Shown one piece after another: positions 57,133-64,000 of a stretch of 64,000 nt of DNA. The notes under the pieces were generated by a model, which saw nothing but the letters and a program-made list of their open reading frames with translations, was not told the origin of the DNA and did no database searches. The stretch is taken from IMG/VR virus record IMGVR_UViG_3300032607_000125, positions 32,001-96,000 of that record; one strand, 5' to 3'. Positions within the stretch are counted from its first letter, which is position 1, and each line of letters starts with the position of its first letter. This stretch comes from a virus. The translations under genes were made by a program, and so were the position numbers.

Positions 57133-59217
57133 ATGAAAAAACTAAGACAGGTCTTAAAAGAACTGCCATCTAGAAAAGTAGTATTCGCATTTGGTCGCTT
57201 TCAGCCACCAACGACAGGGCACGAGTTGCTTGTTAATGCAGTCAAAAAGATCGCCTCCGCACAGAAGGCCGATCATGTCATCTTCGCTTCTCGAACAAAT
57301 GACAAAAAATCAAACCCACTTCCAGTAGATCGTAAGGTATATTACCTTACGAGAATGTTTCCGCGAACTAACTTTGTTGCTGCTAATGATGAAATTCGCA
57401 CATTCATTGAAGCTGCGAAGATGTTATCCGGCAAGTATAAAAATCTAGTCATGATTGCAGGTTCAGATAGAGTTCCTGAATATACTAAGATCTTAAATAA
57501 ATATAATGGCGATATATTTCACTTTGACACAGTTGAAGTAGTTTCAGCCGGCGAACGAGATCCAGATAGCGATAGCGCTACAGGAATGTCCGGTACTAAG
57601 ATGCGTGAAGCTGCAGTCGCTGGCGATTTTAAAAAATTCAAAACAGGTCTACCACGTACACTAACTGATCTTGATGGCAAGCGTCTCATGAACGAGATTC
57701 GTCATGGCATGGGCATTGAAGCTGTTAAAGAACAAGTAAAGTTTGCAACTAATACTTTGCGTGAAAAGTATTACGCCGGCGAAATATTCAACATTGGTGA
57801 TAAAGTAACTGATGGCAATAATGTATATGAGATTCTTGATCGTGGTTCTAACTATATCACCGTTGTCAATGAATCCGGCGCAACAAGTAAAAAGTGGCTC
57901 GACGCAGTACAACCGATTGTAGTAGAAGACGTCAAACCTGGATATGATCCAAAGCAAATATCGTATAAGGGTTATACCACAAAGAATTTTGATAGATCAG
58001 AAGATGCTGCAAAAGCGTTTCAAGATACTATCAATAGAGATGGCGATCCAGTTGCAATTTTAAACGCAATCAAAGCAACTGATACATATATGGGTCTTAA
58101 TGATAAGCACCTAACTGGTGAAAAATTTACAGATCAAGAAAAAGAAACATGGATTGCAGCGCATGAAAAGGCTAGAGAGTCTTTAAACAGAGTCGGTGAA
58201 TTTGCTCATCACCAAGATTACTGGCATATGCATCATAATGAATTAGAAGGCACATTAGTTCATTATGATGAAACTGGCAAAGAAGAAATGCGCGAACAAA
58301 TAGAAAGAATAGAAGAAATGAAATTCTCACCATCGGATAAAATTAAAGTAGCTCGCATTATTGCCGGTTCACTTGGCGTAAATAATGTAGACGACAAATC
58401 AGGTCCTGAAGGAATGGTTAATCAAGGTTTACGTACTATTAAAAATAAACGTATGACACCGGAAGCATGGGCTGTCATTAAAAACATGCTTACAATGGCG
58501 ACAGATGCTGGTATTAAATTCGATGCTAATATCGTTGGCAAGAAAGTAGAAGAAGCTGTCGCTATTGCAGATAAAAATAAGAACAACACTTCAGATCAAG
58601 AGGCATTGCAATCAGATATAGTTGCTAATGACAAAAGTAACGTTGGTCATACACTTGGCGGTACGAATGATTCTCATCGTAGAATGAAAATTAAATATTC
58701 ACTTGGTGAAGAATCTGAAAGAGAAGAACTTGAAGATGAAGGTCTATCAGATGAAGAAATCGATAAGATGATTGAAGACTTATCGGATGATGATTACTTA
58801 GAAGCATACGACGACGAAGAACTATCTGTTGTTGATGAAGACACTGGCGATCATATTAACGAGTTAAAGGAAGAAGAAATAATTATGGAAGTTCTTTCGC
58901 GTGCTGAAAGAATTAGATCAAAAATTAGATTTGCTCGCTCATCATCAAAGCGCGAACGTAGAACCCGCATTGCTCTTAAGACTAGATCTACTGGCAAAGT
59001 TATTAATGGAAGAGCCCGTAAAATGGCAATCATGGCAATGAAAAAGAGAATTGCAAAGAAACCATTGAATACATTGTCTATTGGCGAAAAAGAAAGAATC
59101 GAAAAGATTATCGCTCGTAGAAAAGCAGTCATCAATCGCATTGCAATGAAGATGGTTCCAAAAGTTCGCAAGATTGAGAACGATAGATTAGTGCATAAGA
59201 CATACACAAAAGGTTAA
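57133..59217 (+). CDS. HIGH-motif nucleotidyltransferase (cytidylyltransferase-like) fused to SH3/KOW-like, acidic and basic regions
   Basis: FGRFQPPTTGH, K.NPL, GSDR, SAGERDPD, MSGTKMR; later acidic block and Arg/Lys-rich tail. Confidence 0.8.
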   Translation: MKKLRQVLKELPSRKVVFAFGRFQPPTTGHELLVNAVKKIASAQKADHVIFASRTNDKKSNPLPVDRKVYYLTRMFPRTNFVAANDEIRTFIEAAKMLSGKYKNLVMIAGSDRVPEYTKILNKYNGDIFHFDTVEVVSAGERDPDSDSATGMSGTKMREAAVAGDFKKFKTGLPRTLTDLDGKRLMNEIRHGMGIEAVKEQVKFATNTLREKYYAGEIFNIGDKVTDGNNVYEILDRGSNYITVVNESGATSKKWLDAVQPIVVEDVKPGYDPKQISYKGYTTKNFDRSEDAAKAFQDTINRDGDPVAILNAIKATDTYMGLNDKHLTGEKFTDQEKETWIAAHEKARESLNRVGEFAHHQDYWHMHHNELEGTLVHYDETGKEEMREQIERIEEMKFSPSDKIKVARIIAGSLGVNNVDDKSGPEGMVNQGLRTIKNKRMTPEAWAVIKNMLTMATDAGIKFDANIVGKKVEEAVAIADKNKNNTSDQEALQSDIVANDKSNVGHTLGGTNDSHRRMKIKYSLGEESEREELEDEGLSDEEIDKMIEDLSDDDYLEAYDDEELSVVDEDTGDHINELKEEEIIMEVLSRAERIRSKIRFARSSSKRERRTRIALKTRSTGKVINGRARKMAIMAMKKRIAKKPLNTLSIGEKERIEKIIARRKAVINRIAMKMVPKVRKIENDRLVHKTYTKG

Positions 59218-59221
59218 TAAC

Positions 59222-59668
59222 ATGAATGGATTACTACCAGCGCTAAGAACATCATTGGCTAACACCTTTGTAATGTACTTCAAAACACAGGGCTTTCACT
59301 GGAATGTCGAAGGTATTCACTTTAGTCAATATCATAGTTTCTTTGGTGATCTTTATGATGACCTTTATGGAGCAGTAGATCCATTAGCTGAAAATGTTAG
59401 AAAACTTGGAGAGTATGCTCCAAGAAGTCTTACTGAAATTTATAAGTATAGTACACTTACAGAGTCTGACCTCGTTGGAACCGACGTAAAAGAAATGCTA
59501 AATAGTTTACTAACAGACAATACTGAAGTACTTAATTCACTGAATAGAACATTTGCATTAGCAAATACCGCAAATGAACAAGGTCTTGCAGACTACATTG
59601 CAGCACGTATTGACGCACATAAGAAGCATGAATGGCAATTGCGTTCATCACTAAAGGGACAAGAATGA
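59222..59668 (+). CDS. dps: Dps-family ferritin-like protein
   Basis: K...FHWNV.G..F...H.FF..LY......D.LAE..R.LG and H.KH.WQL; ferroxidase His, His, Asp and Glu present. Confidence 0.9.
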   Translation: MNGLLPALRTSLANTFVMYFKTQGFHWNVEGIHFSQYHSFFGDLYDDLYGAVDPLAENVRKLGEYAPRSLTEIYKYSTLTESDLVGTDVKEMLNSLLTDNTEVLNSLNRTFALANTANEQGLADYIAARIDAHKKHEWQLRSSLKGQE

Positions 59669-61422
59669 GCACACTTAAAAAAATCTTAGAACGTCGTGGC
59701 ATGGGCAAACAACAATGTTGCCCAGATTGTGGAAGCCGCGTGCAAATGCAAGAAGGCGGTTGTCCAGATTGCGGTATTAATTATGGATTAAGCATGGGCG
59801 CTAAAGATGCACCGGGCATGTCTGAAGCTAAAACAGAAAAAGAAGAACAACCCACATCTGATTTTAAATTAGACAAAGCTGGTAGAAAAATTAAAGCATC
59901 AAAAATTATCTTTAGTTCAGGTGAAGATGATTCAACAAAGAGAGTACAGGAAAATATGAAAACAGCATACAAAGATTTAGTTGGAGCATATTCTGCACTA
60001 CGACTAGAATCTCTACAACTTGAAGATGAGATCAATGAAGTCTTATCTAAAGACGCTGCAGCTGGCGAATGGATTAGTGACTTTGTTCACAGTGATAATC
60101 CAAAGTTTGCCAGTAAGTCTAAAGAGAAGCGTAAACAGATGGCCCTTGCTGCTTATTATGCTAAGCAAAAGAATGAAGAAGTTGATATTGATGAAGGCAC
60201 CGGATCACTTAAGCCGGGTTGGATGTTAAAGAAAGATTCAGAACTTGCTAAAAAAGTAAAAGCTAATCAAGATTTAAACAAAAAGCGTGAAGCATCTTAC
60301 GGCGATAAAGAAGCTGGTAAATCTGTTAAAGAAGAAGTCATTGATGAACTATCAGTTGATACTTTAAAATCTTATGATAAAAAAGCTACAATGGATTATG
60401 CAGTAAAGCGCTTGGCTGGCGATGATGTTGAAAAACGCCGCGCTGGTGTTAAAAATGCTAGAGCAAAATTGGCTAAAGAAGATCTCGAACTGGACGAAGT
60501 AGATGATGCTCTTAATAAGCGTAATGCAGCATTAGCCGCCTTTGATAAAAAATCAACAGCAGATTATTGGAAAAGTCATGCTGAACTAAAAAAACATGAT
60601 CCTAGAACAGCAAAGCCTACTGACAAATCTGTTAAAGAAGACCTTGAACTAGCCGAAGCAGAAAAAGAATATAAGCCTTCCACTGCTCAAATGGGCCATG
60701 CAGGTAAGACAACAATCAAGCATATTAAGAATCCAGACGTTACACAACGCATGGCAGCTCACGATGTAAAATCATATGCCGATCGTATTGCTCTTCTTAA
60801 AGATGCAAAGCGCAAGGGCAACTTAAAGGAAGACGGCATGCAAGAATCAGTATTTGATTATAAGAATAATCCAAGAGAAACTAAAGACAAGACTAAAACA
60901 TCGACATACCATGATGTGAAGAAAGTGTCTACTGGAACTGTTTACACTAAACAGTTTGACAAAGATGGTACTTCAAAAGGTAGTGGAGATGATGCTGCTA
61001 AGAAAGCTGAAGGCGCTGTAAAACGTGGTCGTGGGCGTCCAAAGAAAGATAGATTCGCAGAATCAGTTGAAATTCTTATGAGCCTATCTGAAGAACAATT
61101 TGACTCAATGATGGAAGAAGGCTTTGACGCATTCTTTGAAGCATACGAACAAATCGATGAGTTGTCTAAGGATACTCTAAAGTCATATGTTAAGAAAGCC
61201 GCTCACTCTGCATCTAATACTGGTGCTGAATTTGGTTCACGCCACGCAGCTGGTCAAGAAGTAGAACGTTTTGCTAATCGTCACATGGCTGATAAGTTTG
61301 GTAATCAAGACAAAATGAAAGCAATGGTCGGCGCTTCCCAGAAAGAAGTTGAAGCTGCTCGTGAGAAAAGCATGAAACGTGTAAGCGGCATCAAACAAGC
61401 CGTTGACAAATTAACAAAATAA
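59665..61422 (+). CDS. Highly charged probable internal head polyprotein (ATG 59665 preferred)
   Basis: CCPDC..CPDC zinc ribbon; WISDFVHSDNPKFA.KSKEKRKQMALAAYYA block; AT-hook KRGRGRPKK; repeated DELS.DTLKSY. Confidence 0.7.
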   Translation: MSTLKKILERRGMGKQQCCPDCGSRVQMQEGGCPDCGINYGLSMGAKDAPGMSEAKTEKEEQPTSDFKLDKAGRKIKASKIIFSSGEDDSTKRVQENMKTAYKDLVGAYSALRLESLQLEDEINEVLSKDAAAGEWISDFVHSDNPKFASKSKEKRKQMALAAYYAKQKNEEVDIDEGTGSLKPGWMLKKDSELAKKVKANQDLNKKREASYGDKEAGKSVKEEVIDELSVDTLKSYDKKATMDYAVKRLAGDDVEKRRAGVKNARAKLAKEDLELDEVDDALNKRNAALAAFDKKSTADYWKSHAELKKHDPRTAKPTDKSVKEDLELAEAEKEYKPSTAQMGHAGKTTIKHIKNPDVTQRMAAHDVKSYADRIALLKDAKRKGNLKEDGMQESVFDYKNNPRETKDKTKTSTYHDVKKVSTGTVYTKQFDKDGTSKGSGDDAAKKAEGAVKRGRGRPKKDRFAESVEILMSLSEEQFDSMMEEGFDAFFEAYEQIDELSKDTLKSYVKKAAHSASNTGAEFGSRHAAGQEVERFANRHMADKFGNQDKMKAMVGASQKEVEAAREKSMKRVSGIKQAVDKLTK

Positions 61423-61439
61423 TTCAAGGAGAATAAAAA

Positions 61440-62003
61440 ATGGCACTATGGAATAAAACAGACGTTAGTGGAAGTAAGCCTAAGTATCTTAGCGCTGCTG
61501 ATGCTGCAAAAACAGTATTCGTATCACGCGAAGAAGCATTGCTTAAAACAAATAAAGACAAAGGTATCACTAGCGCAGGTTGGTGGTTATTTAAAGAACA
61601 TAAAGATAGCAGTGGTAAAACACGATATAAAGCAGAATGCCTTGTAGCTATGAGTGTTGCTAATGCAATCTCCGGTGACGATGCAGATGATGCAATCGTT
61701 GCAGACGTTGAAATTACAATCACTATTGCTGCACAACCTACTGCTCAAACATCAGTAACTGGCGCAGCAACATTCGGTGTAACTGCTTCAGTTAATACTG
61801 GTGCAGTTACATACCAATGGCAACGTGCTTTAGCAGCAACGCCAACACGCTTTGCTAATGTATCAGCAGCTACTTCAGCAACTCTAACACTAAGTGGCGT
61901 TGCTGCTGGCGATACTGGTAACCTATATAGAGTCGTTCTAAGTTCTGATTCTGGCGCTGCTAAAGTTAATTCTACTTCAGCTGCATTGACTTTCGGTTCT
62001 TAA
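61440..62003 (+). CDS. Virion protein with C-terminal Ig-like domain (Hoc-like decoration)
   Basis: ITI.AQP...T....ATF.V.A....TYQWQ....AT.ATLTL....D.GN.YRV. Confidence 0.75.
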   Translation: MALWNKTDVSGSKPKYLSAADAAKTVFVSREEALLKTNKDKGITSAGWWLFKEHKDSSGKTRYKAECLVAMSVANAISGDDADDAIVADVEITITIAAQPTAQTSVTGAATFGVTASVNTGAVTYQWQRALAATPTRFANVSAATSATLTLSGVAAGDTGNLYRVVLSSDSGAAKVNSTSAALTFGS

Positions 62004-62030
62004 TAGACTGGGCTTCGGCCCATCTTAAAT

Positions 62031-62402
62031 ATGAAATTAAATGATGATAACTTTCTTCTATATGCAATGCACAACTATGATAACATACAGTGCCAAACAA
62101 TAGAAGAGTTTGAAGAAGATTTAAAGAAGCTTCTTTACATTAAGAAGCTTCTTTCCAGATATAAAAATGATAATGATTTAAGAGAAAGATTAATCTTAAA
62201 TCATATCATAGTGTTATATAATGTTTTTGGTGATGCTTTCACTAATATGATTTTTTTCAAGATAGATGAAGAGCACTGGCCAGCATTGATAACATTCTTA
62301 GTATGCGTTAATCGTATGCCAGATCTAATAGAATCCTATGGGATTCGTTTGTCTGATATTGTTCTTGATCAGAACATTATATCAGCGTTAAGGAAAATCT
62401 AA
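62031..62402 (+). CDS. Conserved T4-like hypothetical protein
   Basis: LN..NFLLYAM..YDN.QC...EEF.EDL....YIK.L..RY....L.ERLILNH.I.LYNVFG. Confidence 0.8.
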   Translation: MKLNDDNFLLYAMHNYDNIQCQTIEEFEEDLKKLLYIKKLLSRYKNDNDLRERLILNHIIVLYNVFGDAFTNMIFFKIDEEHWPALITFLVCVNRMPDLIESYGIRLSDIVLDQNIISALRKI

Positions 62403-62403
62403 A

Positions 62404-62943
62404 ATGATTGACAATTTAATAGCATTCAGAATTCTGTATATGCTCGTTACATCATTCGATAAGACAGATGCGTTTAAACTTGGTATCATTGATGCTGAAG
62501 GTAATCCTCTTAAGAAAATTAAAGATCTTAAGACATCTGAAGAAAAGAACGCATATGACATGCTTGATCGTTTAGTGTTCTCATTGAAGAAATTGCTTAG
62601 CAAATTGCCGGGTGGTAAGAGTAAACTTGCAAGTTTAGCTGCGGCATATTGGTTAGTTAAGGAGTCCTACGAGACTCAAGAAGTAGTGACACAAGAACAA
62701 CTAAATAGTCTTGTAGACCTCATTGAATCAAATCAAATTGTATTAAAAGAACAAGCAAACATTCAGGGTTACCTAAGTCTTACCGAAGAAGGTGAAGGCG
62801 GAATAGCTAATGTTTCTGGTGCTGCAACTTCAACAGATAAACCTGTTGTTAAATTAAATAAAAAGAATAAACCAGTGTCCGGCATAATTGGTACTCCTAA
62901 TTATGTTGTACGTCGCAACAAAAAAATTACACCGATGGGATGA
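62404..62943 (+). CDS. Conserved T4-like hypothetical protein
   Basis: D....FR.L..LV..F..T.AF.LGIID.EG..LKK...L.RLVF.LK.LL.K.PGG..KL..AA..L.KE. Confidence 0.78.
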   Translation: MIDNLIAFRILYMLVTSFDKTDAFKLGIIDAEGNPLKKIKDLKTSEEKNAYDMLDRLVFSLKKLLSKLPGGKSKLASLAAAYWLVKESYETQEVVTQEQLNSLVDLIESNQIVLKEQANIQGYLSLTEEGEGGIANVSGAATSTDKPVVKLNKKNKPVSGIIGTPNYVVRRNKKITPMG

Positions 62944-62945
62944 TC

Positions 62946-63890
62946 ATGAAAAACTTTAAAGAATTTAGCGTAGAATTAGACGAAGTTTCTAATGATTATT
63001 TTAAACGCCGTAAAGATGAAGAAGATCGCATTGCTGGAAAGAAAGCTCCCGCTAAACGTAAGCCTAAGCAAACTGATTACGAAAAGAAACGCAAAGAGCA
63101 AATGAAAGAAGATATTGCTATTTGCTCAGAGTGCGGTCAAGCACCATGTGTGTGTGATGATAGTCATGGGTTTGTATCAGAAGCTGCCACTAGTGTAAAA
63201 GGTTGGGCTGCACAAGTTCGAAAAACCCATGGTGCAACTGTTAAGTTTGTCAACAAAGCGTCTGGTAGTGGCATAGACAATAGATCAATTGCTAGAAATG
63301 CAAAAGGTGAAACTGTTGGAGTGTATAATCGCAACACGGGTAATGCTACTGTGCACGAACCAAAGTCGAATATAAAAGAAGCTGCTTTAGATGAAGTTGC
63401 ACAAGGCCATACTATTGAAGCTCATGGCATTCGTGGTATGAAAGGGACTGCTTGGAAAAAGACTTTCAAGAGTCATGATCATTTAGCTAAATGGGCAGAC
63501 GCCAATGATAGCATTGAAGTACATGCTACTCGCGATCTTGATGGCGTTAAAAAGAAAACAAATGAAGAAGCATTATCGAAAAGAATGCCTGGAAATGTTG
63601 GCGATTCCCTCGGGTATTTAAATGCTGCGGAACGCGCCAAAGAACTTGCACGTCGTAAAGCTAAGATAGCTGGTAACACAACTCCTGCTAGTAAAGCATT
63701 TGTTAATAAAGCACTCAAAAAAGAAGAAGTTCTTGATGAACTCTCTACTGATACTTTAACTTCCTATAAAAAGAAAGCTGGAGAATCAGCCACTGCAGCA
63801 GATAAAGCCGGTGATACTACTAAAGGCCATAAGCGCTTTAAGGGTATCATGAAAGCTACATTCAAACAGTTCGCTAACGACGCTAAGTAA
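62946..63890 (+). CDS. Basic probable internal head polyprotein (start 62940 or 62946)
   Basis: MKNFKEF..ELDE N-term; modules separated by LDE/SEA; CxxC..CxC; third DELS.DTL.SY copy. Confidence 0.7.
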   Translation: MKNFKEFSVELDEVSNDYFKRRKDEEDRIAGKKAPAKRKPKQTDYEKKRKEQMKEDIAICSECGQAPCVCDDSHGFVSEAATSVKGWAAQVRKTHGATVKFVNKASGSGIDNRSIARNAKGETVGVYNRNTGNATVHEPKSNIKEAALDEVAQGHTIEAHGIRGMKGTAWKKTFKSHDHLAKWADANDSIEVHATRDLDGVKKKTNEEALSKRMPGNVGDSLGYLNAAERAKELARRKAKIAGNTTPASKAFVNKALKKEEVLDELSTDTLTSYKKKAGESATAADKAGDTTKGHKRFKGIMKATFKQFANDAK

Positions 63891-63892
63891 TC

Positions 63893-64000
63893 ATGTGGCT
63901 ACTTAGCTTCCTTCCAGATTATGCCTTTCACTTATTGACTCTACTTGGAGTCATAGGTGTTATCGCCTGTTTATTTCCAATTCCATATAAACAAATCGTT
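63893..64000 (+). CDS. Membrane protein, 3'-truncated (possibly spanin-like)
   Basis: MWLLSFLPDYAFHLLTLLGVIGVIACLFPIPYKQIV, open to the window end. Confidence 0.55.
   Translation, partial: MWLLSFLPDYAFHLLTLLGVIGVIACLFPIPYKQIV

Noticed and set aside
14161-59664. ORF-track starts at 14161, 15393, 16120, 26878, 32352, 45418, 46745, 50450, 51168, 56424 and 59632
   Set aside because: They extend into upstream genes or promoters. Downstream in-frame ATGs fit the RBS, coupling and family N-termini better.
62009-62022. TGGGC-TTCG-GCCCA hairpin as a terminator
   Set aside because: It is a real cUUCGg hairpin but has no U tract; more likely an mRNA-stabilising or processing stem, so not called a terminator.
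1-64000. CRISPR array, tRNA genes, or an alternative genetic code
   Set aside because: I saw no regularly spaced repeats and no cloverleafs. Core genes are full length under the standard code, apart from the intein-split gp41.

Overview
A 64 kb segment of a T4-like (Tevenvirinae-related) myophage genome, coded almost entirely on the + strand. Order: (1) 1-13.4 kb, baseplate, tail-fibre and adhesin genes; (2) 13.4-26.4 kb, neck, terminase, tail and head core (gp13, HNH, gp14, gp15, gp17-gp23, gp3); (3) 26.5-48 kb, recombination, transcription and replication core (uvsY, uvsW, gp55, gp47, gp46, CobT/CobS-like pair, gp45, gp44, gp62, regA, hsp20, gp43, uvsX, gp40, gp41); (4) 48-54.2 kb, nucleotide and DNA-modification cluster (MazG-like, AEP-like, PD-(D/E)xK nuclease, Nmad1-like, dCMP hydroxymethylase, dCMP deaminase, alpha-glucosyltransferase, C5-MTase-like); (5) 54.2-64 kb, late cluster of probable internal head proteins, a HIGH-motif nucleotidyltransferase, Dps and an Ig-like protein. 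Best observations: gp41 is fractured at its Walker A motif by an atypically split intein (16-aa IntN, about 124-aa IntC, Thr+1), and an antisense HNH endonuclease with its own T4 late promoter lies between the halves. There is a glucosyl-hydroxymethylcytosine pathway plus a divergent C5-MTase ending in the same putative clamp-binding tail as the polymerase. A roughly 200-nt structured leader with candidate pseudoknots ends in a ROSE-type thermometer hairpin before hsp20. A divergent antisense promoter lies upstream of gp55, and inverted repeats overlap the -10 boxes of most sigma70-type promoters. All family assignments are by motif recognition by eye; no searches were run.
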